Shown piece after piece: positions 10,352-20,691 of a stretch of DNA of 64,000 bases; within the stretch, counting starts at the first letter, position 1; each line of letters opens with the position of its first letter. The position numbers and the translations under genes were made by a program. The DNA is taken from the NCBI GenBank assembly GCA_036339465.1, contig JAYZAY010000054.1:1-64000 (forward strand), given 5' to 3'. This stretch comes from Myxococcota bacterium. Lineage in GTDB: Bacteria > Myxococcota > XYA12-FULL-58-9 > JABJBS01. The notes beneath the pieces are model-generated. The model was not told where the DNA came from and did no database searches. It saw only the letters and a list, made by a program, of their open reading frames with translations.

Positions 10352-12030
10352 TTAAGAGCAAGTACCAAACCATCATTGAAGCTCTTGAAGCCAATGCCCA
10401 GTGGAAGATTGAAAAATCCACTCGTTCCAGAGCTCCCAAGTATATCTTCCCCCAGAGGAACGGAGAAGAAGTCCGGCTTGGCTATGATGAGGTTTTGACT
10501 TTAGCAGAACGCTACGCCTGGGATTTGGATGCCAAAGGTGTTGTTGCAGGTGACCGGATCCCCCTCGTTATTCCCACGGGCCCGGAATATCTCGGTGCCT
10601 TTTTTGGTTGCATGATAATTGGCGCGATTCCATGCCCCATGCCTTTGCCTTCGGGACTCGGCGCAGTGCAGTCCTACTTGGGTAAGTTTCAACAACTCGC
10701 TGACTACTTGGGAGTCACCGCAGCGGTGACCAACGAAATGTACTGTCACTTGATTGGGCATGTTATTTCCATGGACCGAACGGTGATTACCGAGGACCTC
10801 ACAGAAAAAAGAATCGGTCATCGCGTCCAAATTCAATCTACGGATATTGCTTTTATCCAGTGCACCTCGGGAACCACCGGCACTCCCAAGGGTGTGATTC
10901 TTACCCATGGTAATCTATTGGCCAATGCGGAGCAGTTGCGCATTGCTTTGGCCCTAGGCGAAAAAGAAACCGGTATCAGTTGGCTTCCCCTCAATCATGA
11001 CATGGGGCTCATCGGCGGAATTATCTTTCCCATGTATCTCGGTTGCGACGAGGTCTTGATGGACCCACGTACGTTTTTGCGACGTCCAGCTTCATGGCTC
11101 AAGGCGATTTCCAAGTACGAAGGCACCATTAGCGCCGCTCCCAACTTCGCCTACAACTACACCCGAGCGAGGGTCAAAGACCAGGATCTCAATGGGCTGG
11201 ACTTGTCCTCTTGGCGTCGTGCTCTTTGCGGCGCGGAACCCATCGATTCTCGGACTTTGAATCATTTCGAGGAGCGTTTTGAGTCCGTGGGTTTTCAACG
11301 CAACGTTTTTGTTCCTTGCTATGGTTTGGCGGAGGCTTCACTCGCGGTCAGTTTTCACGAGGTGGGTACCTCCTTTATTTTAGACCATGTTGACCGGGAT
11401 AAGCTTGTAACCGAAGGACTCGTTCAGGATGTTTCGGTGTGGGAAAAAGACGATCCAGGCATCGTAAGCTGTGGACCGGTGGTTCCGGGCACAGAAATTA
11501 GCATCGTGGATGAAAATGGTGTTGCATTACCTGAGGGGCAAGTGGGCCGAGTTCTTGTTTCTGGTCCCAGTGTTAGCCCGGGTTATTGGGAGTTGCCGGA
11601 ACTAACAGCCAAGACTATTCAAAATGGTTGGCTCGATACGGGCGATTTGGGGTATTTACGCGGCGATAGATTGCGAATTACAGGCCGAGACAAAGACATC
11701 ATCATAATTCGCGGAAAGTGTTACTCCCCCAGTGAGTTTGAATGGGCTGCAGAGTCAGTCGACAATGTTCGACCCGGCCGCGTGGCCGCCTTCGGTTCTT
11801 TCAATGCCGAGGCTGGTACCGAACAATTACATCTCATGCTGGAATCAAGCCTCGACAGTGAAGAGCACTGTGATCTACGAAACAAGGTTATTGCGGCAGT
11901 GACGCGCCGAACCGGTGTCGCTCCTAGCGTCGTGCACGTTCGCAAAAGACACACCGTTCCGATGACCACCAGTGGGAAAATTCAACGAAGTAAAGCCAAA
12001 TTAATAGCCCTGGAAATGAGGGTCGTATAG
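10348..12030 (+). CDS. Fatty acyl-AMP ligase (FAAL)
   Basis: IAFIQCTSGTTGTPKG, SWLPLNHDMGLIG, PNFAY, CYGLAEA, DTGDLG, TTSGKIQR. Confidence 0.92.
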   Translation: MIKSKYQTIIEALEANAQWKIEKSTRSRAPKYIFPQRNGEEVRLGYDEVLTLAERYAWDLDAKGVVAGDRIPLVIPTGPEYLGAFFGCMIIGAIPCPMPLPSGLGAVQSYLGKFQQLADYLGVTAAVTNEMYCHLIGHVISMDRTVITEDLTEKRIGHRVQIQSTDIAFIQCTSGTTGTPKGVILTHGNLLANAEQLRIALALGEKETGISWLPLNHDMGLIGGIIFPMYLGCDEVLMDPRTFLRRPASWLKAISKYEGTISAAPNFAYNYTRARVKDQDLNGLDLSSWRRALCGAEPIDSRTLNHFEERFESVGFQRNVFVPCYGLAEASLAVSFHEVGTSFILDHVDRDKLVTEGLVQDVSVWEKDDPGIVSCGPVVPGTEISIVDENGVALPEGQVGRVLVSGPSVSPGYWELPELTAKTIQNGWLDTGDLGYLRGDRLRITGRDKDIIIIRGKCYSPSEFEWAAESVDNVRPGRVAAFGSFNAEAGTEQLHLMLESSLDSEEHCDLRNKVIAAVTRRTGVAPSVVHVRKRHTVPMTTSGKIQRSKAKLIALEMRVV

Positions 12031-14810
12031 TGATGGCTCAGAAACCTCAAATCATAGATACAAAACCTATCCACATCAGAAACACCAAACTCAGTGTGGA
12101 GCAATGTTTGCGCGCTTTGGGTCTTGACGTGGAATATGTCCGAGGCGAGGGTGATTATCTCTACTACCAGAACGAAGAAGGTGAGGAAGTTAAAGTTCTC
12201 GATTTGGTGGGTGGCTATGGCGCGTCCCTTTTTGGGCACAACAACACCCAATTGGTGGGGGTGCTTCGCCGTTTACTGCTTGAACAACGACCTTTCAATG
12301 CTCAAGGGAGCATTCGGCCCCTTGCCAACGAACTTAAGTCGCGCTTATCTCGAATGGTTCAACGTGAGACTAATCGAGAGTATGCGGTGGTTTTGGATTC
12401 CACGGGAAGTGGTGCGGTTGAGGCGGCCATCAAGCATGCAGAACTCGAATTTCAGATGCGACTAAACAGCACCTTAGACCGTCTTCATAAGATTCAAAAG
12501 AAGATCCGCATGGTGGGTCCCAAGGGGTCGATAGAAGTACCGGATGACACCATGGATATCTTTCAAAAAACCCTCGGTGTATCCACCAACCTGAGTGGCG
12601 AAGAATTGGTTCAATCCTCTATTGACCATTTAAACATGATTGTCGATGCAACCCCTACGGTTTTAGCCCTCGATGGGGCCTTTCACGGAAAATCCACCGG
12701 TGCTCTAAGCTTAACGGAAAATCTTGAATACCGCGCACCATGGAAGCGGTTGGGGTTTTCCACCACGTTTATTTCGAAAGATGATACAATAGCTCTGGAT
12801 GCGGTGATTGCCAATGCGTGTTTCCCCTATGTGGACGTTACCCTTGAACGCAATACGCTCTCAGCTAAAGCTGCTAAGATGGTAAACGTCATCGCGGCTT
12901 TTGTCGAACCCATCCAAGGAGAGGGTGGAGTGTTGGAAGTGGGCAAGGATTTTCTAGAATCCCTTCGCAGTAGGTCCACTGAATCGGGATTTCCGCTGAT
13001 CTTCGATGAAATTCAATCGGGGATGGGACGCACCGGCACTTTTCTCGCTTCAACTCCGAGCGGCGTGGTCTCGGATTATGTCTTGCTATCAAAAGCCCTC
13101 GGGGGAGGAATATCCAAGGTGAGCGCGCTCCTCGTGGACCGGGAGCGGTATCATACAGATTTCGATATGCTACACACTTCTACCTTTGCTAGCGACGACC
13201 ATTCCAGTGCCGTGGCCAACAAGACCTTGGACCTGCTGGAGGAAGACGATGGTGCCCTCATGAGCCGCTGCGGGAAGATGGGTGAATACTTCATAGACCG
13301 AATTCGCATCCTCAAGGAGCGTTATCCTGGAACCATTGTCGGCATTCGAGGCCGTGGGCTATTGATGGCGGTAGAGCTTGTTGCCCGAGAAGATACGTCT
13401 TCGCTTTTTCTACAATGGGCCAGTGAGCAAGGTCTTGTTGGCTACATGGTGGCTGGCTATCTGTTGCGAGAGCATGGCATTCGTATGGCACCTACCCTCT
13501 CCAACCCCAATACCCTTCGAATTCAACCCTCTGCTTATGTGACCCATAAGGAACTCAACAAGTTTTGCGACGCTTTCGACCAAGCCCTGCGTCTATTACA
13601 GGAAGATGATTTTGGGAATTTGGTGGGGCACTTAGTGGGACGGAGACAAAAACGAAATAAAAACATTCCGGTTCGCTCCGTTCGTCAGCTCATAAAAAGT
13701 GCCGCCCAGTCAAATTTGCGCCGGGTGTCTTTCCTGGCCCATCTGCTTGAACCCCAGGACGCCCAGGGGTTGGACCGTTCGCTCAATAACTACTCCCCCA
13801 CCGAATGTGACCGGCTCCTAGGGAGAATGTCTCCGCTTTTGAGTCCTTTTGTGCTTCACCGAACGAGCGTTTCCAATGCGTCTGGTTCTGAGATCGAACT
13901 CTCGGTGATTGGCGTTCCCTTCACTTCCGCCCAGGTGATGAAAGCGTTTCGTGCGGGAGACGGTGGACAAATTCGCAATAACGTATTCGATGCGGTGGAA
14001 CTGGCCCGAGCAGAGGGTGCCCAGGTGATAGGATTCGGTGGATATACGTCGATTGTTACCAACAGTTGTCTCGACGTGGTTGAGGAACGGGCACTGGTGA
14101 CCAGTGGCAACTCGGTGACCGCTGGGGCGGCCATAGAAGCAACCATGCAGCGGGTGGGGGAATTGGGCATTACCAATCGCCGCTTAGGCGTGGTGGGTGC
14201 CGCGGGCAACCTAGGTTGTGTGATTGCCGAGTTGATGGCCGCGTCCATGACATCGGTTCTATTGGTGGGGCGTCGTGGAGCGGAGAAACGCTTACAACGA
14301 CGAGCCAAGCAGATATCTTGGGCCTTAGGTGATAAGTGTCCTCGTATCGATATTACCACCGAAATGTCTGATTTAGCAACGTGCGGTGTCATTATGACCG
14401 CCACCAATGCGCCCAAGCCTGTTATTTATCCCCAACACTTATCAATGCAACCCACATTGATTTGCGATATCGCAACTCCCGGTGATGTGGACTCCAGCGT
14501 TTTTGAAATGCGACACAATGCGGTCATATTAAAGGGTGGACTGGTCAGTTTACCAAGCACTCAAAAACTTGTCATACCCGGAATGTTTCCACCGCCCGGG
14601 CAGATTTATGGCTGTTTGGCAGAAACCATTTTACTGGGGCTAGACAACGCCTCCGTTAGCCCATCGGTGGGGCTATTAACGCCCAAGGGGATTTTAAGCA
14701 GCATGGAGATGGTTCGGCGTCATGGTTTTGGCTTGGACCCATGGCACAAGGCTATACCCATGAAGAAATCGAAAAAACCCAATCAGGCCACGGACTTTAT
14801 TGCGGCTTGA
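12030..14810 (+). CDS. Class III aminotransferase fused to an acyl-ACP (thioester) reductase domain, TamH-like
   Basis: N-half: FHGKS, EPIQGEGG, FDEIQSGMGRTG, LSKALGGG (PLP Lys). C-half resembles acyl-ACP reductase: GFGGYTSI, TSGNS, VVGAAGNLG, YGCLAE (catalytic Cys). Confidence 0.88.
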   Translation: MMAQKPQIIDTKPIHIRNTKLSVEQCLRALGLDVEYVRGEGDYLYYQNEEGEEVKVLDLVGGYGASLFGHNNTQLVGVLRRLLLEQRPFNAQGSIRPLANELKSRLSRMVQRETNREYAVVLDSTGSGAVEAAIKHAELEFQMRLNSTLDRLHKIQKKIRMVGPKGSIEVPDDTMDIFQKTLGVSTNLSGEELVQSSIDHLNMIVDATPTVLALDGAFHGKSTGALSLTENLEYRAPWKRLGFSTTFISKDDTIALDAVIANACFPYVDVTLERNTLSAKAAKMVNVIAAFVEPIQGEGGVLEVGKDFLESLRSRSTESGFPLIFDEIQSGMGRTGTFLASTPSGVVSDYVLLSKALGGGISKVSALLVDRERYHTDFDMLHTSTFASDDHSSAVANKTLDLLEEDDGALMSRCGKMGEYFIDRIRILKERYPGTIVGIRGRGLLMAVELVAREDTSSLFLQWASEQGLVGYMVAGYLLREHGIRMAPTLSNPNTLRIQPSAYVTHKELNKFCDAFDQALRLLQEDDFGNLVGHLVGRRQKRNKNIPVRSVRQLIKSAAQSNLRRVSFLAHLLEPQDAQGLDRSLNNYSPTECDRLLGRMSPLLSPFVLHRTSVSNASGSEIELSVIGVPFTSAQVMKAFRAGDGGQIRNNVFDAVELARAEGAQVIGFGGYTSIVTNSCLDVVEERALVTSGNSVTAGAAIEATMQRVGELGITNRRLGVVGAAGNLGCVIAELMAASMTSVLLVGRRGAEKRLQRRAKQISWALGDKCPRIDITTEMSDLATCGVIMTATNAPKPVIYPQHLSMQPTLICDIATPGDVDSSVFEMRHNAVILKGGLVSLPSTQKLVIPGMFPPPGQIYGCLAETILLGLDNASVSPSVGLLTPKGILSSMEMVRRHGFGLDPWHKAIPMKKSKKPNQATDFIAA

Positions 14811-14821
14811 TGCTTGCTTAG

Positions 14822-16060
14822 GTGGGTAAGGACATGAATTCCATAATGACATCATTAAGAAGCGACATTACCAAGACCGAATCTCTGGAAAAGATTGAGT
14901 CGGCTTCTTTGGTGGCTCTGGGAAAAAATTTGAACTTTCGTTGGTTTTGTAGCGTTGACGAAATCGACCCTGAAACTTGGGGGCGCTGTTTTCACGCGTA
15001 TCGCTTTGCGCGCACCCATCGCTATCAGCAAACGGTGGAAGCATCTGCGCCTAATGGGGTGTCTTTTCAGTATTTGGTGGCCTATGACGGGGACGTGGTC
15101 TGGGGCATTGTGGGATGCTTTCGCTACCGGGTCCCCTTGAGCACCACTGCCACGGGCAGCGCGCGCAAGATGATGCGTTTCATCGAGCGGTTTTTACCTG
15201 GCCTATTCAGCATCAACGGTTTCTTTGTGGGACAGCTCACTTCCGTGTGTGACCATCTTTACGGCTTTGAGCAGATTGCCGAAGCACAACGCAGTGCATT
15301 CCTGGCTCGCTGTGAACCTGTGATTCAAGCCCGGGCCAGAAAGCTTCGTGCTTCGGTTATTATTCACAAAGAAATCCCCGAAGATGATTTAGATTTGGTG
15401 ATAGAAGCTCTGGGCGACGATTATATGATTGCACCTTCGCTGCCGGCCATGGAGCTTAGTCTTCAAACCTCCGAGCCCTACGAGAAGCAGTTGCGGAAGA
15501 AGTATCGGAACCACTACCGCCGCAGACAGCGATCGGCCGATGAAATGGGGCTCAGCTGGGATATTCACCGAGGCCCTATCAATGAAGTGTTGGCCAAGGA
15601 TATCGAACGTTTATATCTTGGCATTCTAGAACGCTCCACAACGCAATTTGAGCGACTTTCCTCGAACTACTTTTCTTCTATCATGGACCATTTCCCAGGC
15701 GCTTCTGTCGTGCTTTGCAAGGATGGTGAGACGCTCGTTGGATTCATGGTTAACGTGGAATCGGAAAACGATTTTCACGGCCTTTACCTCGGTTACGATG
15801 TGTCGTACCGAGACGGAGCGGTTTACTTTAATCTCATCTATCGCTCTCTCGAAGTGGCTCAGGAACTAGGCTTTCAGAGTATTCATCTGGGTCAGACATC
15901 CTACGAAATAAAGAGCGCCTTAGGTGCGAAACCAACCAATTTGCACCTGGCGCTTCGGGCAAGCTGTCCTGTGGTGCACGGGCTTATCAAGTTTTTTAGG
16001 CATCACCTATTTCCAGAAATCAATGTTCCCAACCGTCGTGCTTTTCACATCACTTGCTAA
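14822..16060 (+). CDS. GNAT / FemAB-like N-acyltransferase
   Basis: YEKQLRKKYRNHYRRR, GLYLGYD, YFNLIY, IHLGQTSYEIKSALGA; 11 bp after the aminotransferase. Confidence 0.8.
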   Translation: MGKDMNSIMTSLRSDITKTESLEKIESASLVALGKNLNFRWFCSVDEIDPETWGRCFHAYRFARTHRYQQTVEASAPNGVSFQYLVAYDGDVVWGIVGCFRYRVPLSTTATGSARKMMRFIERFLPGLFSINGFFVGQLTSVCDHLYGFEQIAEAQRSAFLARCEPVIQARARKLRASVIIHKEIPEDDLDLVIEALGDDYMIAPSLPAMELSLQTSEPYEKQLRKKYRNHYRRRQRSADEMGLSWDIHRGPINEVLAKDIERLYLGILERSTTQFERLSSNYFSSIMDHFPGASVVLCKDGETLVGFMVNVESENDFHGLYLGYDVSYRDGAVYFNLIYRSLEVAQELGFQSIHLGQTSYEIKSALGAKPTNLHLALRASCPVVHGLIKFFRHHLFPEINVPNRRAFHITC

Positions 16061-16381
16061 ACCGTCTTGGTCGCTACGGGGATGCCATTCAAAGCACGCC
16101 TTCCACAGAGGTAGATGTGTCGTGGGTGTGGTGATGTGGGTCTTGGGAGAGTGGTGATACCGGTCTCTGTGCTTCTTTTTTTCCAGACCAAAGCAGCGAA
16201 ATGGAAGGTGTTTAGTGAAAATCCAAATACATGGGGTATCGAGCCGACGCTATTTCCTAATCCCAAAGACATGGTGCCACCAAAACAAAGCACGCGCCAT
16301 AGAATCAGCAAGAGGAACCAGAAACATGGTTGGCCCTATGGCGACCTAAGGTTAACTCTGGACACGGAGGTTTGTTTTGGG

Positions 16382-16412
16382 GCAAAGACGCAAAGACGTA
16401 AAGCGCAAAGAC
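16382..16412. repeat. Imperfect 8-mer intergenic tandem repeat (GCAAAGAC)
   Basis: GCAAAGAC GCAAAGAC GTAAAGC GCAAAGAC. Confidence 0.5.
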
Positions 16413-16914
16413 CTGAGCCCGACGAGGTGGCTTTAGTGGAGTCCGCTGGTTATTTCCCCCCAGTCGCTCCATCGGGAATGCCCCGTCTATACCTTCATTG
16501 CAATACTCTTTAAAGTTATACCTATAAACTTGTAAGGCAGGTTGATGGGGTTAGAAGTACACATTGGAACCAAACTGCTCGTTTTTGAAAAACAAGAGTG
16601 TCCAAAATCCCATTTGGCCAATTTTCTCCGCCGCCGACAGGTTTGGGGGATGAAGGTTAGGAAGGATGGCGCAGTTTGGAAACTTAACGATTGCAACCTA
16701 AGATTCGCAGGCATTTTACTTTGGGAAACGTTTCCTAAAATAAGAAGTTGTCTAAATAAAATCCTCCGGCACAGGCGCCCGCAAAAAAGATCTCGATGTG
16801 GTCTTCGGAATCCAAAATGAATCAACGAATTCAAATTGGAGTATCCCGCGGCAGTAAGCGGGAAATGGAACGCAATTTCAAATGCACAATGAAGTTCACT
16901 GATGGGGTAGAGCA

Positions 16915-17307
16915 ATGAACGACGCTAACATGACAGTTCTTATTGCCGATAATTGTCCTATCTACTCGGCTGACCTCGGCGAGTGGCTTACCAAAGAAGG
17001 TGTGGTCAGCTTGGTTGCCCATTGCGCCGGTGCTGCCCATGACCATATTAAGAGTCATCCAGAAATAGATTTCTTTTTCGTGGAGCTGTTTCTGGGTGAC
17101 AGCAATGGGTTGATGTTGGTCGAGGAGATTAGGTGTATGGAGCTTCATAAACAAAAACCTATTTGGATAGTAACCACCGAACCAAAACCATCCATCTTTA
17201 CCGAGGAAGCACTGCAAAGGGATCTCGGATGCAATGGATGGCTGACGAAGCCAGTAAAGTTCCATAGATTATTAGAAGTTTTAATGGAAAGCTGCGCGCT
17301 TCGGTAA
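16915..17307 (+). CDS. Single-domain receiver protein, atypical (acceptor Asp appears to be Glu)
   Basis: VLIADN, DFFFVELFLGDSNG, PIWIVT, WLTKPV. Confidence 0.75.
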   Translation: MNDANMTVLIADNCPIYSADLGEWLTKEGVVSLVAHCAGAAHDHIKSHPEIDFFFVELFLGDSNGLMLVEEIRCMELHKQKPIWIVTTEPKPSIFTEEALQRDLGCNGWLTKPVKFHRLLEVLMESCALR

Positions 17308-17786
17308 AGGCGATTGGTTTCAATCCTATCGGAAATCTTAGCAACCATACAAATACCGGTTGCCATAATGAGATAGAGTTCGATTCTCGTTTGAGAAACC
17401 AAACCGGAATGCACCAAGTCGCTGGTGTGGTAAGGCCGATAGATAAGCTAGGCCACAAGCGCAGATTCAAATTCAGGGTGGGCTGTTTGTTTGCGAAGGA
17501 GTGATTGCTCTGTTTTGTTTCGGGTGAGTTTTGTCAAGATTTTCGGTTATGATTTCGCCGCATCGAGGAAAACAGTATTTACCGATGCAAACAAATCATC
17601 TAGCCGAGGCTAAGGGCGGGAAACAAAAATCCAAGAAAAGTAGGGGCTTGGTGTGGGTGCAAGGTATCAAATCGCTCTAGGGCATTGGGGGTGCCGCAAA
17701 CAGACAAAGCTGTCTAAACACCAATAGAATGGCAAACTTTTTGTTGAGAAATTGGAATTAGGCACCAATGCCATCTTTGACCGAGT

Positions 17787-19037
17787 TTAGTGGTGAGGTG
17801 TGCCCCGGCCACCATTCTTCACCGCGTAGTTAAAGAAGTCTTTAACCTCAGCGAGCACTTCTTGATTGCTTAAGCCTTTGTCTTCATCGGTATCGGTTGG
17901 CTTAAATTCGCCAAACTTGAGGCTGTCTGGGTTTGTGGCTACGAACTCGTCGTGAGCCGCTTTGAAAATCTCATGGGCGATATCGGTGCAGAGAAAACTT
18001 GTGATTGAGGTGGTGGTTTTCTTTTTCCCACCGGGGAATACGACAAATGGCTTTTCTTCGCTCATGCCTTCTTTGAATTCGCGAAACCCATCGGCAAGGG
18101 CTTTAAAATAAGGAAGTCCAAACTCGTTGGCGGCGACTGGTTCGGGAGCCGACAATCCACCGTCTTTGGTGAGGTTATAAAGAATATTCCCAATATTGTA
18201 CATGCCGGTATCGGGTTGCATATAAACAACGTCTTTAACGCGGCCAAGCATCATGATGCCGGTGCATTGCGAGCACGATTCAAGGGAAGTATAAATGGTA
18301 ACATTTTTGAGCATATTACCATACTTCTTCTTGTCGTGTTCGGGGGTGTTACCCCCAAGGGAACGTCGGCTGTCTTGAACTTGGTTCAGCCCAAAAACAC
18401 GTTTGACCAAGCGGGCTTCGGCGTGTTCCATAGAGCTTCGAAAGAGCGCGTTGTGATTGAAGTCAAAGTCAATCACAGCGCCATTCTTATCAACGGCGAT
18501 GGCCGCGATATTATGGCCTTTGTAGTCGCGTCCACCGTTGTAGGTTCCGTTCGCTTCTTTTTGCCCCGACCGCCAGCCATAATCTCCATTGGCGCCGTAT
18601 TTGTTGCCATTCCATTCTTTGTGCATCAAAGCCATGAGCATCAGTGAGTAAAGACGATGCCTTTCTTTTTGTGCAGGCGTGAAGGTGTGGGGTTCAATGG
18701 CTGCCACTTCGCCCACGGTTTGGGTTCGAAATGCACCTAGGGCTTCGATTTGATCGGGCGTAAGCTGAGGGGCATGGGCTAGGTGCTTGGAGCAGTTGTT
18801 TTGTTGACGCGATGTGGGTTGTTGCTGTTTTGGAAGCGCCGTCGTTGGATTTGAGACTGGTGCTATGGAAGGGGTTAGCACTGAGGTGGTTACCGAATCA
18901 TTAGGGGCTACCGCAACAACTTTAGATTCTGGAGCTTTAGGTGCTTGAGCAACTTTGGGTTGATTGACCACGACTGGGTTTGGTTGGGTTTCGGTTAGGG
19001 GCGTCGCTGAAGTTGCTAGGGTGGCTCCATTCATCAT
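17787..19037 (-). CDS. Zn-dependent nucleoside/nucleic-acid deaminase with low-complexity N-terminus
   Basis: EHAEARL and YTSLESCSQC motifs; RBS AAGGA before ATG 19037; first ~90 aa rich in P/T/S/Q/A/V. Confidence 0.85.
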   Translation of the reverse strand: MMNGATLATSATPLTETQPNPVVVNQPKVAQAPKAPESKVVAVAPNDSVTTSVLTPSIAPVSNPTTALPKQQQPTSRQQNNCSKHLAHAPQLTPDQIEALGAFRTQTVGEVAAIEPHTFTPAQKERHRLYSLMLMALMHKEWNGNKYGANGDYGWRSGQKEANGTYNGGRDYKGHNIAAIAVDKNGAVIDFDFNHNALFRSSMEHAEARLVKRVFGLNQVQDSRRSLGGNTPEHDKKKYGNMLKNVTIYTSLESCSQCTGIMMLGRVKDVVYMQPDTGMYNIGNILYNLTKDGGLSAPEPVAANEFGLPYFKALADGFREFKEGMSEEKPFVVFPGGKKKTTTSITSFLCTDIAHEIFKAAHDEFVATNPDSLKFGEFKPTDTDEDKGLSNQEVLAEVKDFFNYAVKNGGRGTPHH

Positions 19038-19362
19038 GATGATCCTTGTGATTTGGGTGTTTGCGCAGACAATACTATCGGCCCTGGTAGAAGCGAGTTG
19101 CGAAAAATTCGGATGATCGTGGTAAACCCCTGCCGCTGCTTGGATTTTCAAACCGCAAAGTCTTCTTGTTTGTTACCGTGGTGTGTTTGAACCCCAATGC
19201 TCAGCTAATAAAGTAGGCGGCGGCCAAAGCCCCGAAACCAAAAAAGGGGGGGGATAGACTCAAGTAATCCCCTGTATCCATAATGGGCTTGGGTCTCAAA
19301 AGTGGTTCTAAATTTCACATTCGAGGGCAACGAGGAGCTCTCAAAAAAGAGCCCCACCAGAG

Positions 19363-20007
19363 TTATTCTTTTATGGAATCGAGTTTGTCACCGAGTTTAT
19401 CCAGTTTATCATCCATTTTCTCAAGCTTGGCCATCTCCCGACCTTGATTGAAACCAATGGTCAAACCCAGCATCATAACAATATTGTTGGTCGAAGCTGA
19501 ATTGGATGAATCGGAGAAATTGGAAATTATTTTTGAGAGTTCGATACTTGGCATAAAATACATGGTGTCTGCATTAAGTTGAAAACCCAAAGAGCCCCCA
19601 GCCGAGAGCGCGCTCCCAGAAAGAGAACCGAAATCAGCGTCGGTGGTGTTAAAATTTGTGTAAGAGACGAAGGGTGCAATGTTTAAACTGAGAATCTCAT
19701 TCACATCCCACGTGGTGACAACTGGGAGGCTGGCGGAGATTCCATTAATAGGCCCGAGAGCGCGGTAACCGAGCGCGGGAAGAATCGCCATATGAAGGTC
19801 ATCATCGGCAGTTCTGAGAAAACGATATTTGGCATCCAATTCTAAGAGGCCCGCGGCGAAAACAACACGGCCACCAATTTCCCAATTATCGGAAACCCCG
19901 ATATGGTAACCTACTTCGGGGATGAGGTTGGGGAGGACCAAGGATGTACTTTCCTCGTTCGAGAGACTGCTCGAACCAGTTTCGTAGCGTGTGGCACTAG
20001 AAAAGGA
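19363..20007 (-). pseudogene. Outer-membrane beta-barrel protein lacking an intact 5' end
   Basis: Beta-strand pattern (YHIGVSDNWEIGGRV, ELDAKYRF). The frame extends upstream of the TTG to a TAA near 20010, with no start codon, RBS or signal peptide. Confidence 0.5.
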
Positions 20008-20343
20008 TACTTAAATTGGCCTTCGATAGGTTGCGATGGACACAAACTCGCCTCGGAATGAGAAATTCAGTCGAAAGGAGGTATGGGTACCCTTGAAATT
20101 TCTCAGGCGAGGAAAGTCCACAAAATATGGGCTTCAAATTGCTGTTTCCAAAAGATGAAGGATTGGTGCAAATACACCGGTGGGATGACCAACATGTCGT
20201 TTATGATTCAGAGAAGGGTGATTTGTGAGTATGCTTTAGTCTTTGCCGTTGGCTGGGGATTCTCAGAAACTAAACCCACCGAAATTTAAGCAACGAGGTT
20301 TTGGGTATGTGTGAGGCTCTTTTATTGATATCAGTATTGTAAA

Positions 20344-20691
20344 TTAAGCCAACAGCACCTCGTTACGAACTGCATCCATTTGGATATCCTTATCAGGGAG
20401 AGGGGTTATACCATCTGGTTGCGGCCCCTGGTTTAATTGGCACTGAATTGAGAGTTGTTGCTGAGTATGAATATCCAAAAAACCGGTATCAGGAAGCCCG
20501 TTGTCGCGTTGAAATGCTTTCAATGCTGCTGTGGTATCGGGGCCACCCACGCCATCAACCCCATGCCCACCAAGGGCATAACCCAAATCACAAAGTTGTT
20601 GTTGCGCTTCCCGAACTTGACCTCTTAAGGCCTCCCGAGTCTGGCTATCTATTCTTCCGGTAGGGTTCGAAATCGGCGAAGTGATAATCAA
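20344..20691 (-). CDS. Small peptidoglycan-binding domain protein (PG_binding_1-like); start uncertain
   Basis: VREAQQQLCDLGY..GVDGVGGPDTTAALKAFQRDNGLPDTG. Confidence 0.8.
   Translation of the reverse strand: MIITSPISNPTGRIDSQTREALRGQVREAQQQLCDLGYALGGHGVDGVGGPDTTAALKAFQRDNGLPDTGFLDIHTQQQLSIQCQLNQGPQPDGITPLPDKDIQMDAVRNEVLLA

Noticed and set aside
10124..16060. Tambjamine/prodigiosin cluster or NRPS/PKS
   Set aside because: No pyrrole-forming, condensation, KS or C-domain genes; only the amine arm is present
16057..16915. ORFs of 84-142 aa on both strands after the GNAT gene
   Set aside because: Atypical composition, weak starts, mutually overlapping
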